DNA of 63,162 bases, counting the filler, from Stramenopiles sp. TOSAG23-6 (taxonomy: Eukaryota): the NCBI GenBank assembly GCA_900128565.1. It is 40 parts of 40 records of this genome, joined end to end, with 100 filler letters (N's around TTAATTAATTAA, not from the genome) between each part and the next. Parts side by side here need not be neighbours in the genome. Positions count along the whole stretch, not along the records: positions 49,100 to 50,575 come from LT639005.1; positions 50,676 to 52,150 come from LT639006.1; positions 52,251 to 53,725 come from LT639007.1; positions 53,826 to 55,300 come from LT639008.1; positions 55,401 to 56,874 come from LT639009.1; positions 56,975 to 58,447 come from LT639010.1; positions 58,548 to 60,020 come from LT639011.1; positions 60,121 to 61,591 come from LT639012.1; 32 more parts are not named here. One strand, 5' to 3'. This document shows, in pieces, positions 49,153-61,691 of this stretch. The first letter of the stretch is position 1; each line of letters begins with the position of its first letter. Under the pieces are notes generated by a model. The model was not told the origin of the DNA. It saw nothing but the letters and a program-made list of their open reading frames with translations, and ran no database searches. Position numbers and translations under genes: made by a program.

Positions 49153-50512
49153 GTCCGAGGAGACATTTGAGAGTAAAGAAACAATAACAAAGGCCTATAT
49201 AGAAATGCTTACAAACAAAAGAGATGAAGAGTGTATTTTAGCAGAAAGAGGCATTAAAAAAGATGACAATATGTATGTTTTCAGGATCAATTTTAAAATA
49301 TTTTTTTTTTCGTACGAAATTTTGTACCTAACAAAAAATTTTACTAAAAAAAATATTTTCCCAAAATAAATGGAGTTACGATATGTAAAAGCATCCTTCA
49401 TTAGCCCAGATGAAAAGAACAAAAAACTCTGTGACACATTGCTAAAAAAAATGCATGTTTGTTTTCAAAATTGAATTTTTTTTTTTTTTTTGTAGTAAAT
49501 TTTGTACCTAACGATTTTTTTATCCAACAACAAAAAAAAAAAATATTTCTTAATATAACATACTATTGCTGATACAGAGGATAATGATGATCAAGTAGTT
49601 GTTTCAAGAGATCTGACTAAGGAACAAATCGATATAGTGAATCAACTAAAGGAAAAATTTGCAAATGATCCTCAACTGATACAAAAAATCAATTTTGCTT
49701 TAAATGGAATATTATCTCGAGAAAAAAGACGAATCATGTATGTTTTACTTTTTTTTTTTTTTACAAAAAAATCGAAATTTTTTTTTTATAAAAATTTTGT
49801 ACCTAACGATATTTTTTTTATTTTTTTTTTCAAATATTTTTCCAAAATACATGTTGTTTGTATTGGGTCCTTCAGCTGCAGGAAAAACATTTTCTACCCA
49901 GCTTTATCTTCAAGATGTGTTAGACAAAAACACTTATGATGTATGTTTTAATTTTTTTTTTTTTTTTACGGAAAAAAAAAAAAAAAAATTTGAAAAAGTT
50001 GAAAATGTTGTACCTAACAATTTTTTTTTTTAGAAAAATTTTGAAATATTTTTCCAAAATACATGCAAATCGATGCTTTTTGTCAATAGATGGAGGAAAT
50101 ATTCGTGAAGTGTCTGAATTTTGGAATGAACTCAAGCGAATATTACAATACTTCAAAGATAATAAACATGCAAAAACAAAAATTGATAATATTGTGGGAT
50201 TTAAAGATGCAAACAAAATGATGAACAAATGTTCAAAGAAATTTAAAAAGAAAATTTTAAAGAAATTTCAAGGGTATCAAATGGATCTAATTGTACCTGA
50301 TACTGCCGCGATGGATGGCATACTCAAAGCATATGCAGGAGGAGTCAAAACTGTCTTGACAGCCGCCAAAAACAAATTGACGGGTAATGTCGAAAAAATT
50401 GCTAAAACTGCTGTTAGAGCTGGTTATGAAATCATTTGGAGCGCTGTTCTAGCTGATAAAACAAATACGAAAGCACAAGGAAAATCGCGTGCAGTTCAAG
50501 AAGGTAAAATAT
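49153..50512 (+). CDS. Zeta-toxin-like P-loop kinase, multi-exon
   Basis: RRIM|LFVLGPSAAGKT...TYD|ANRCFLSIDGGNIRE...LIVPDT...SRAVQEGK. Confidence 0.65.
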
Positions 50513-50516
50513 GTAT

Positions 50517-50557
<41 letters not shown>

Positions 50558-50739
50558 AAATAAATTTTTTTTTTTNNNNNNNNNNNNNNNNNNNNNNNNN
50601 NNNNNNNNNNNNNNNNNNNTTAATTAATTAANNNNNNNNNNNNNNNNNNNNNNNNNNNNNNNNNNNNNNNNNNNNAATCGTTAGGTACGAAATTTCGTAT
50701 GAAAAAAAAAATTAAATTAGAAATTCATATGAAACGTAC

Positions 50740-51295
50740 ATATAATTGAAGATTTTCCGTTTTCAAAACATTTGACATTTTTTCTCTCGTATAAATAAGC
50801 TCTATTGCTTAAGGGCCATGGCCATTGTACAACCCAATACACAAGCTCTTTTACATTAGTCACGGAATTTTTTTTATATTTGTCATCTTTTGAAATAATT
50901 CTCAGATCACCTACACTGGTATCCCATTTCTTTCTATACTTTAAATCTTGTGTCAATGTCTGAAAAACTGAGTTGAGGTTAGTGGGTGCACAACCGTTAA
51001 CACGGTATTCCACAACTGTTGGCGAACCTTCGAGAGGTCGACGAAAAATACAAACATGATCATCACAGGATTTGATTCCCCTGTAAAATAATTCCCAGCC
51101 TTGAGACTCAAAATCTGTATCTAAAATGTTGAATTCCGGCTCACTCGTTTTGCCTTCACAGGAGGCAGTGTGCATTCCACCCCGAAAAACAGAATAAACC
51201 AAAATAGGGACGCGCAAGCATCGAATACCTTGTATAATCATGTTTATAGGAGCGAAATATAATACACTTTTAAGCGTAAGACGTCTACAGGCCAC
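50740..51295 (-). CDS. START-domain (PCTP/STARD7-like) protein, first exon
   Basis: DLKYRKKWD, VYWVVQWPWPLSNRAYLYER. Confidence 0.9.
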
Positions 51296-51671
51296 ACAGC
51301 AAGTTGTTGTAATCTACAACATCGCGGGATGACACACTATCACTGTTGACATCCATCACAACAGAACTCGAACTGACTGCGACTGCGACTGCGACTGATT
51401 AAAAAATTTAAATATTTTTTTTTTCGTTCATTTTGAGTGGCCACTCGTTCTGTTGGCCACCTCTCCTCCTTGGACAAGGTTAGAATTTGACAACACTAAT
51501 ATATACGTTTTGAGACTCTTGACTATCTTCCGATTTCGAATCTAAAATAAAAATCATAGCATTTAATGACAGTGTCATTCACATATAGAAATTATTTTGC
51601 TTTCTGTTGTATATAATCTTCATTATATCTCTTAGAAAATTCAAAATTATATTGAATCATTCTGCAGCAAT

Positions 51672-52150
51672 ATGAGCGAGTCAATTTCTGTGCCAAAACA
51701 ACATTTGAAACGTCAGCAGTGGTCGCGAGGCTCTCTTTCTGCACTTCCCCTTCACGATGTCGTTAAACGAATGGACCACGCTCGAAAAACAAGTATTTCT
51801 GTTGTTGAATGGTATAAAGCAACTGCGGAGTGTCAGAACCGATATGCTGCTTCAATGAAACATTCAGTTGGAATTGGAGAAAAGGGGTGGGGTAGTTGGT
51901 TTGGAAGCAAAGCTAGCAGTTCTGCAGTGAAAGAAGCTCCTCGTATTGCACCACCAGCTAATGAAATCATTCACGGGATTTTGAATTTGGTAGCAAAATA
52001 TACGCTCTTTGAAGGCAGACGTCGTCAGCGATTAGGTCAGATTGTTGAAACAGACTTAGGTGCGTCACTTGAACAATTGAATCTAGAGCACATTGCTACT
52101 CATAAAGACTTACTTACAATACTTTCACGAATAAAAAAGGAGCATGATAT
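51672..52150 (+). CDS. F-BAR-like helical protein, N-terminus
   Basis: WYKATAECQNRYAASM and a helical pattern; weak family call. Confidence 0.45.
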
Positions 52151-52250
52151 NNNNNNNNNNNNNNNNNNNNNNNNNNNNNNNNNNNNNNNNNNNNTTAATT
52201 AATTAANNNNNNNNNNNNNNNNNNNNNNNNNNNNNNNNNNNNNNNNNNNN

Positions 52251-52325
52251 CTCTGCATAGCCCAATAATGTCCATCCACCACCATCTGTCACCTTGTCAC
52301 AGTACACTTGAATACCTGCATAAAG
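52251..52325 (-). CDS. Fibrinogen-C-like exon (absent from the ORF track)
   Basis: IQVYCDKVTDGGGWTLL after a canonical ...AAACAG acceptor. Confidence 0.7.
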
Positions 52326-52472
52326 CTGTTTGGATCAGTTGTTGGTATAAAGAGTTGATTATATTTTGTCATTTTTGTCATTAATTTTTTTTCATAGTAA
52401 ATTTTGTACCTAACAAAAAAAATTATAAAAAAAAAAACATTTTTTAAAAATTAATTCTCTAGTTTATTGTAA

Positions 52473-53157
52473 TTATAGTTGGACAATTCCATATTGTACT
52501 AAGAGTCCAATTATAGCAAAGAATAATACAATGATATCTCTCTGACTAATACCAATTGTTTTTTGATGACAAGAAGAAAGTTCTACAACTTTTGTTTTGT
52601 CTAATAAATCATTATTTGAAATAGAATTGGTTTTTTAATAAATAGTCTTTTCTATCTACTTGTGGACGTTGTAGAGAATGTTTTGTGTACATATTATTAT
52701 TTTTAAATAAAAGAGATATGTCTTTGTTATATGTAGAATTTGTACCACCATTAGTACCATTAGTAGTACCACCATTAGTACCATTAGTAGTACCATTAGT
52801 AGTACCATGTTTCACTATTTTCTCTTTTTTATTCTTCATGTCAACACTTTTTGTTGTAAATGAAGTAACAACTGCAGCAGATGCCAAACAAAATAATATC
52901 GCAAATGGTAATGGAGCATGTTTTGTTGCTGCGGCAGCAAATGGAGTAATCCATGAACAATCCATCCCTTCATAGACGGCCCATTGCTCGGTGTTATTAT
53001 ATGGATTCATAATAGGTTTACATGAACAGAGTCCATCTAAGCATTCACCATTAGGATAACTACAATTATTTAAACATCCTTTTTTTGAACAATCAAGTGT
53101 ATACCATTTCGCATCACAATCACACCGACTTGCGGGGTATTCCCAAACACATGTTCC
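52473..53157 (-). CDS. EGF-repeat membrane protein, last exon
   Basis: GTCVW...CDC...DCS...CLNNCSYPNGECLDGLCSC then a TM helix; probable extra A near 52635 (ORF track stop is at 52612). Confidence 0.8.
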
Positions 53158-53267
53158 ATGTATTGTGAAAAAAAAAAAAAACAAAAAAAAATTTTTAGGT
53201 AACAAATTCCATCCAAAAAAAAAAATTTCTAAAAAAAAAAAAAAAGTTTTTCATACTGCAAACATAC

Positions 53268-53638
53268 ACCAATTGATTTTCACTTTCAAACCAACGCAAT
53301 GCTTCTTGTGTAATACGCCGAATATTATACTCTACATTAGATATAACCTCTTTTTGTTTCATAGTATCAAAATTAATAGAAAATTTTGTACCATTTTCTT
53401 CAAATTCGATAGAATTTGTTTTGTTATTTTCATCATTTTTTCGTGTTTCTAAATAACGACACGTGGCATCTTGAAATGATATAAAACGACCTTTTGAATT
53501 TTCCCATTGCCAAATAAAACGTTTATTTGACTTTTCAGATATATCCAATATATCAGAATTATTTTCATGATGAAACGTCGAAGGAAATGTTTCAATATCA
53601 AAAACACGAAAACAAATCACACTTTGAGGTTTTGAAGA
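53268..53638 (-). CDS. WWE-domain exon
   Basis: FIWQWENSKGRFISF...LE...FSINFDTMKQ...IRR. Confidence 0.75.
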
Positions 53639-53825
53639 ATGTATTTTGGAAAAATATTTCAAAAAAAAAATAAAAAAAATTGTTAGGTACAAAATTTCGT
53701 ACGAAAAAAAAATTCGATTTTTTTGNNNNNNNNNNNNNNNNNNNNNNNNNNNNNNNNNNNNNNNNNNNNTTAATTAATTAANNNNNNNNNNNNNNNNNNN
53801 NNNNNNNNNNNNNNNNNNNNNNNNN

Positions 53826-55300
53826 CTCTGCATAGCCCAATAATGTCCATCCACCACCATCTGTCACCTTGTCACAGTACACTTGAATACCTGCATAAAG
53901 CTGTTTGGATCAGTTGTTGGTATAAAGAGTTGATTATATTTTGTCATTTTTGTCATTAATTTTTTTTCATAGTAAATTTTGTACCTAACAAAAAAAATTA
54001 TAAAAAAAAAAACATTTTTTAAAAATTAATTCTCTAGTTTATTGTAATTATAGTTGGACAATTCCATATTGTACTAAGAGTCCAATTATAGCAAAGAATA
54101 ATACAATGATATCTCTCTGACTAATACCAATTGTTTTTTGATGACAAGAAGAAAGTTCTACAACTTTTGTTTTGTCTAATAAATCATTATTTGAAATAGA
54201 ATTGGTTTTTTAATAAATAGTCTTTTCTATCTACTTGTGGACGTTGTAGAGAATGTTTTGTGTACATATTATTATTTTTAAATAAAAGAGATATGTCTTT
54301 GTTATATGTAGAATTTGTACCACCATTAGTACCATTAGTAGTACCACCATTAGTACCATTAGTAGTACCATTAGTAGTACCATGTTTCACTATTTTCTCT
54401 TTTTTATTCTTCATGTCAACACTTTTTGTTGTAAATGAAGTAACAACTGCAGCAGATGCCAAACAAAATAATATCGCAAATGGTAATGGAGCATGTTTTG
54501 TTGCTGCGGCAGCAAATGGAGTAATCCATGAACAATCCATCCCTTCATAGACGGCCCATTGCTCGGTGTTATTATATGGATTCATAATAGGTTTACATGA
54601 ACAGAGTCCATCTAAGCATTCACCATTAGGATAACTACAATTATTTAAACATCCTTTTTTTGAACAATCAAGTGTATACCATTTCGCATCACAATCACAC
54701 CGACTTGCGGGGTATTCCCAAACACATGTTCCATGTATTGTGAAAAAAAAAAAAAACAAAAAAAAATTTTTAGGTAACAAATTCCATCCAAAAAAAAAAA
54801 TTTCTAAAAAAAAAAAAAAAGTTTTTCATACTGCAAACATACACCAATTGATTTTCACTTTCAAACCAACGCAATGCTTCTTGTGTAATACGCCGAATAT
54901 TATACTCTACATTAGATATAACCTCTTTTTGTTTCATAGTATCAAAATTAATAGAAAATTTTGTACCATTTTCTTCAAATTCGATAGAATTTGTTTTGTT
55001 ATTTTCATCATTTTTTCGTGTTTCTAAATAACGACACGTGGCATCTTGAAATGATATAAAACGACCTTTTGAATTTTCCCATTGCCAAATAAAACGTTTA
55101 TTTGACTTTTCAGATATATCCAATATATCAGAATTATTTTCATGATGAAACGTCGAAGGAAATGTTTCAATATCAAAAACACGAAAACAAATCACACTTT
55201 GAGGTTTTGAAGAATGTATTTTGGAAAAATATTTCAAAAAAAAAATAAAAAAAATTGTTAGGTACAAAATTTCGTACGAAAAAAAAATTCGATTTTTTTG
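53826..55300 (+). repeat. Duplicate scaffold of 52251-53725
   Basis: Same sequence and ORF set. Confidence 0.97.
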
Positions 55301-55400
55301 NNNNNNNNNNNNNNNNNNNNNNNNNNNNNNNNNNNNNNNNNNNNTTAATTAATTAANNNNNNNNNNNNNNNNNNNNNNNNNNNNNNNNNNNNNNNNNNNN

Positions 55401-56508
55401 AATTGGTCAATGTTCTCAGAGTGATAAATTATTTACACTGGATTTAGATGGCCAAGTCTACGTAGGTCATGGTTCTATGATGTTGAACAGTTATTTCAAA
55501 GAATGGAACAAAGACACTCAAACGTATGGGCCAATTACACCCGAATTGGAATTTATAGCTGAACAACTTTCACCTTATCCCGCATTTCCTAATAAATCTC
55601 ATGAGACATTTATGTGTTGGTTTGAATGTTTTGCTGCTCGAATGTACACAAAATATTATAAATCCAATGGTCCTTATTGTCTTGTTTTATTTCCAAGAAC
55701 AGAAAATGTTCCAATTGGCTTACATCCTATTTGGGATTCATTGAAGGATAAATCGAATGATTACAGTGGCAAACATTCTGTTGTGTATGATCCTTCAGAA
55801 GAAGGATCTACTTTTTGTATGACACGTGGAATTCATGCACATGCTTCATGTGTTTTCCTTTCTGAAACAAACTCTGGATGGGCATATTCGATAAGACTTG
55901 GACTTCATGAACCTGAAAAGCTTGGGTATAAGAATGCTCAATTGTTATGTCGACATTGGGCCATCACGAATGCTTCTGGAGAAACAAAGCATGTAAGTTT
56001 TTATTATGAATTTCAAATGTATATTTTTTCATACGAAATTTTGTACGTAAAAAAAACGATTTTTTTTCCCAAAATATTTTGTACCTAACAAATGTTTTAC
56101 TACAATTTTGTTTTCACAATACATGTACGTGGTGCTGGTGTAGTTGGGGAGTACCCTTTTCTTACATTCCAATCAGAAAATTCAAATCCTGAATCTGATA
56201 ACGACGACACACCGAATGGGGTAAGAGCACGTATCGATCGTCAAGGTCCATTTGGTCTAATGGAAGGAGGCTGGAGTGATGGTGACTTTGTCTATCAATC
56301 ACAAACTGGTCCTATTGAAGGCGTGTCAAGAAATCATAATATTCCAATGGATGTTGGACAGGATTCTTGTGGTTATTTTGGTGGGGATTTATTATTTGTA
56401 CCAACAAATAATGCAAATCTTTCTAGAGATGAACAATCCCACAAAACAAATAGTTTTGATGTTGTAGTGAATCGATTCAAGCTGAAAATTCCGAAAATTA
56501 TTTTTTAA
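55401..56508 (+). CDS. ApaG-domain protein (FBXO3/SKIP16-like), intron 55993-56124
   Basis: WAYSIR...AQLLCRHWAIT...TKH|VRGAGVVGEYP...FVYQSQT. Confidence 0.88.
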
Positions 56509-56974
56509 TTGAATATAAAATTTAGCAATATATACATTACTGATTTCCTTTTAGAAAGAGTATCGTTTGCATGTGTATGTGTGCTATATTAATAAGAGAC
56601 CCGCGAAGAGGACAGTAGGGTACCTATTTTGAAACTGACTCTTTGAAATTTGAATGTCAAAATGAATCAAGAGATTTCCAATTTGATTGTCGAATGATAA
56701 GCCCGTACCATTTAGGCGAAAATTACGCTTTTGGGCGTCGGCGAAATTGGCCGTTTTTTTTTTTTTTTTTTCGTAGATAATTTTGTACCTAACCCCATGG
56801 TCAAGCATAAATGGAGATAACTTAAANATGTCTAATTTCATTNATATTCAATATTTTTTCAAAGTAAATAGCAGNNNNNNNNNNNNNNNNNNNNNNNNNN
56901 NNNNNNNNNNNNNNNNNNTTAATTAATTAANNNNNNNNNNNNNNNNNNNNNNNNNNNNNNNNNNNNNNNNNNNN

Positions 56975-58280
56975 CCAGTAGCTGGTAGTCGTGGTTTTCG
57001 TTTACGTCCTCCCATCTTTTTGTACTCTGTATAAAAATCATGACTTGATCCAAGGATTTCATCATTAATGCTCATACACATGTCGAGAAATTTTAAACCA
57101 TTTTGACTTTTGTTTTCAAATTGTTTCGCGGCATTAAGAAGAAAATCTGGATTTTTAAGGAGAGTATTTCCGCCGTAAAAATGAATATTATGAATATCAT
57201 GATTCAATATACCAAAAACTACCAAATTGATATCATTTCCATCTTTAATTACGTCATGTATAAAGTTAGCATCTTCAGAAAGATCTGCTTGGTGCAACTT
57301 GTGTTTCAACTCAAGCATTTCTTCAACATAGTGGCTTCTCGCATCCGTCAAGTCATAACCAGGTCGTTGCATTTTTTTTAGGACAGAACGAATAAAACTT
57401 CCATCCAAACACGTTTGTGATTTTTCTAGAGCAGGCCACACCTTAGACAACCTCGTATCAAATTCACGATATGCACTCGTATGATTCCCTTTTTGTAAAA
57501 ATGTTAAATACTCCAACATAAATGTCTTGTTAGTATTTAGTGCACTAAAATCTCCCACAAGATCCATAAATGACTCGTATAATTCTCTTTTAGGTTGTGT
57601 ATACATTACACGCAACATAAAATCTGGATCTTTGAATAGCTCTATCTTACCAAGCTTTTTCACTTTCTTTACAAACTTTGTAAACTGATCATAAGCATCA
57701 ATCATCGGGCTGATAGTGGTCAGACACTCCAAAACAATATCTTTGTTATCAAGTACATCAGGGTGTAAGATTTCTGGTAGTAGTAGGACGCTTGCGTCGA
57801 GTCATGAATAAGTTTTAACGCTTTAAGCATAAAATCTGCATCATTCAACAAAGAATTATCAATATTTCCATCAGTCTTATACAATGTGGGATTGATACGC
57901 ATTGCTTGTAGAAGAAAATTTTTGTCATTACGCAAAGAATTATCAACATACCTATACGCCCGGGCCCGGGGATAGGTTCCCATTGCTTCTAGCATAAACT
58001 TTGAATCAGCTTTCAAATTGTCGTTAAGTTTTTGCCAAAAGCAGTAGTTCAAATTTTCTCGTGTAAGTAATGCCAGTGCTCTTAACATGAAACGCGAATC
58101 AGCATAATCAGCAGCGCTCAATGCCTTAAAATTTTTCTCTGCGTCCCTTTTGTCGGCGGAGTTAAAAAACTCTTGTCGCGTGCCGTGCTTTTTGCGCCTT
58201 TTGCTATCACTCGCTTTGCTTTGGTTCAACTTCAAGCATAACATAGTAACAATCAACAAAGTTCTTTGAATAAATCTCAT
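56975..58280 (-). CDS. DUF4116-like repeat protein (one frameshift near 57770)
   Basis: Repeats of LxxDxxFMLxA; the two ORFs join if one A is added (YYQK-ILHPDVLDNKDIVLECL). Confidence 0.65.
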
Positions 58281-58547
58281 TTTCTTTTAATTGTGTTTTG
58301 GTGAATTAAATTTGTAATATTTTATTGTACTGTAGCTTACTACTGTACCAGTAAAAAAAACACTTTTAGCGCTGACTTTATCACCTGATTATTTTGTATA
58401 CAATATTCATACTTAATTAATGATGACGCGCCGTTTTTCGTGTTTTTNNNNNNNNNNNNNNNNNNNNNNNNNNNNNNNNNNNNNNNNNNNNTTAATTAAT
58501 TAANNNNNNNNNNNNNNNNNNNNNNNNNNNNNNNNNNNNNNNNNNNN

Positions 58548-59052
58548 TATCGGATACGTGATTCATTATCAGTAGTAGTAAAGGAACGCTTGCTCCATCG
58601 ACTGAATGAAATGCTTTTTCGTATAACTCCGAACCAGATTCAATGTTAAGTGCTTCTAATATATTTGAGCGAGTATATTTATTTTTGTTTTCATGACATT
58701 CAGGTTGTAAAACAGATAAAGAATAGTGATAACCGCTTAGCTTTAAATACTCACAAATTGCACTGTTTAACACTTTTTCTCGGAGAGACAATTTCTTTTT
58801 GTTTTCAAAATCGGCTGGAATGAAAGGAGCCGCTGCGGGATCCGCCCCTTTCATGTGTGCTGTACGCTGGAGTTCCAAGACAACACGTGCTCGCAGTTGT
58901 GATTTTAACGAATCTACGACTCCACTATCGGAAAGACTTTGGTATAAACGTGATTTTAGTTGCTTCAAAGGAATCTTTGGAGGACCACTTTGCAGTCCAT
59001 GTCGTTTAGTTGAGTGTTTTACATTTTCTACATTTACTTTTCCAACGGGCAT
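58548..59052 (-). CDS. OFD1/FOP-like LisH centriolar protein, N-terminus
   Basis: LKSRLYQSLSDSGVVDSLKSQLR...LNSAICEYLKLSGYHYSLSVLQPE. Confidence 0.85.
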
Positions 59053-59435
59053 TTTTTTTATCCGTATTAGGTATTATACAACAATAGAAATGTATGTAAA
59101 CAAATGTCAACCTAGTTGAATGGAATAACGATTATTATTTGTTAATTCTAATCGAATGAACTTTTCTTTTTTTTTTTTTGGAGTTTGAACTTTGAAGTTT
59201 TGAAATTTCCCTTGTTTGAAAATTTTGAGAAATTCGAAATTGAAATACAGTCCCGGGTAACCTTCAAAATCTTCAAATTCTTCATTTTTTCCTTACTTCG
59301 TTTCTCCTTTTTTTTTGCTGAACAACAAACAAACAACTTTGTAAACATTCCTCAAAGTTTCGTTGACACTCTTTCTTTCCAACAACAATTTTCAAAAACA
59401 ATCCAATTTATCGAAGATTTATCAAAATAGTGTGA

Positions 59436-59899
59436 ATGAATTTAAAATTATCACCAAAAGGAGGCACGAAAATGTCAGATGCTGAAGTTTCTTTAAAATC
59501 TGCAGTCGATATTGTGTTTGTCTTACCTGATGGTGACCATGTTGAAGCATCCGTACGTAGTACTCTTTTTTTTTTTTCACATTTAGCAAAAACTGTACAA
59601 ACCAAACCACCACAACCGCAACTACATTGTAAGGACATTACTATACTACATTTTTATATCACTCATTTTCTATGTTGTATACGCTACACTACACTACACT
59701 ATAGTTTCAAAAAGGACAAACTGTTTTAGTTCTAAAATCATATCTGGAATCAAACTATAGTTTAGAAATGGCAAAAGTTAATTTGTTGTTAGATGATGAA
59801 AAATTAATGATTGATCCTCTTTGTTTGTCAGACTTTCAAACAATAATGGAGTCAAGTAAAGCAACTATTTATGTAAAGCGTCGAATGGAAGGGAAATAA
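59436..59899 (+). CDS. Small ubiquitin-like-fold protein (GT-AG intron 59553-59704)
   Basis: IVFVLPDGDHVEAS|FQKGQTVLVLKSYL...LMIDPLCLSDF; the intron is GTACGT...CTATAG. Confidence 0.75.
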
Positions 59900-60214
59900 A
59901 CAGAGAAAAAACTTAAAAAAATAAAATAAAAACTGTTTTGAATTTTGAAATTGAATTGTTTCGTTCATTCATTTCAATCATAAAAAAAAAAAAATCTAGA
60001 AATTTGTTTTTTGATATAGTNNNNNNNNNNNNNNNNNNNNNNNNNNNNNNNNNNNNNNNNNNNNTTAATTAATTAANNNNNNNNNNNNNNNNNNNNNNNN
60101 NNNNNNNNNNNNNNNNNNNNATGTATGTTTTATTTTTTTTCAAATTCCAATTTTTTTTTCATACGAAATTTTGTACCTAACAACTTTTTTTTGAAATATT
60201 TTCCCAAAATACAA

Positions 60215-61480
60215 AAGGCTATAGCGGCGACTTTAAAACGTCTCAAAGACATAGAAGAGAAAATTGCTGATGTTCCATTTATGCAGATCAAGAATGTAAA
60301 GAGTGAGGCTGAAAAAAAAATGGAACGTTCGGCAATGGCAGATTTTTTTACAGGGGAAAAAATTCGAATACAGAGGCAAATGAAAGAGGAAAAATTACAC
60401 CGTACAAAACTGAAACACGAAAAGGACCGTCTGAAAATTGTTTTAAAATTAGCAAATACTGATGAAGAAACAAAATTGAGTAGTTGGCACCTTATACCTC
60501 CAGACTTAAAAACTGCAAATGTTGTATTGAACAAGGATGATTGGCAAGACTTCAGGGTGTATATAGATTTAGATAAAAAGTTGCCGGGGGTCCGCCCAAA
60601 AGGCAATGTAACTGTACGTTTTCATTTCAATTTTCGAATTTATTATTTTTGTTTCATACGAAATGTTGTACCTAACGATTTTTTTTTAGAAATATTTTTT
60701 CACAATACATGTCATCAAAGGTTTACCACCAAAGGAGTATCCAACAGAAGCAGAAATGAATATGCGCGGAGTGTTAATCGTTCGACGAAAAACTGGTGAT
60801 GATGGTTGGTTTCAATTCAATGATAAGATGGATACATTATTTCATGGTTCTTGGATGGATGTATGTTTTATTTTTTTTTTACTATGAATTTTTTTTTTCG
60901 TACTAAATTTTGTACCTAACAATTTTTTTTTGAAATATTTTTCCAAAATACATGGTATTCGACAAGGGAATGGAACAGAAGTTACGAAATATTCACATTT
61001 CGTCGGACCATTTTCAAGAGGTATTTCGAGTGGCCGTGGTGTTTTAGCTTGTAAAGATGGTGTTAAATTTGAAGGTAAATTAGGTATAAAAGTAAAACAT
61101 ATTGACAGTGAAGGGGGATTATTAGTACCAATTTTATATGAAAATGAATACCATAATGGAGTTTTTCAAAGTAAAGGAAAAATTACATTTGCCGATGGAG
61201 CAATCTATGAAGGCCAATTTCTAGATGGCAGGATAACAGGAGAAGGTAAATATACATTACCTAATGATGAAGGTTATTATGAAGGACAATTTGAGAATGG
61301 TCTTCTTCAAGGAGAAGGTGTAAAAGTAGATAAAACAGGTATGATGTGGGAAGGTACATGGAATAAAGGCTTGTTAGATGGTTATGGAACTCAGACTTCT
61401 CTTGATGGACACTGCTTATATACAGGTACTTGGTCTAATGGCTTATGGCATGGAAAAGGGAAATTACACACACGTAGTAT
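60215..61480 (+). CDS. MORN-repeat protein (introns 60614-60710, 60861-60953)
   Basis: FHGSWMD|GIRQGNGTE; YEGQFLDGRITGEGKY repeats. Confidence 0.9.
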
Positions 61481-61691
61481 GTATGTTTTATTTTTTTTTT
61501 TAAATTTGAAATTGAATTTTTTTTTCGTACGAAATGTTGTACCTAACAATTTGTTTTAGATTTTTTTTTTNAANTATTTTNCNAAANTACANNNNNNNNN
61601 NNNNNNNNNNNNNNNNNNNNNNNNNNNNNNNNNNNTTAATTAATTAANNNNNNNNNNNNNNNNNNNNNNNNNNNNNNNNNNNNNNNNNNNN

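Larger units (their letters stand above)
1490..61691. other. 39 artificial scaffold linkers (N run, TTAATTAATTAA, N run)
   Basis: Identical six-frame-stop 12-mer inside N runs every ~1.57-1.59 kb (1534, 3123, 4711 ... 61636), with slowly decreasing spacing. Confidence 0.98.

Noticed and set aside
53158-53267. Novel WWE-EGF fusion (and the join upstream of RCC1 at 27727-27919; also 32117-32270)
   Set aside because: Exon phases conflict across poly-A/T-expanded family introns, so these are probably chimeric assemblies through the repeat.
19660-57775. Programmed ribosomal frameshifts at ~19665, ~37300, ~52635 and ~57770
   Set aside because: All sit in homopolymer runs, go in both directions and share no stimulatory motif; sequencing or assembly indels are more likely.
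1534-61647. Regularly spaced TTAATTAATTAA palindrome as a biological repeat
   Set aside because: It is always embedded in fixed N runs and is a six-frame-stop concatenation linker; the ORF tails ending in LIN derive from it.
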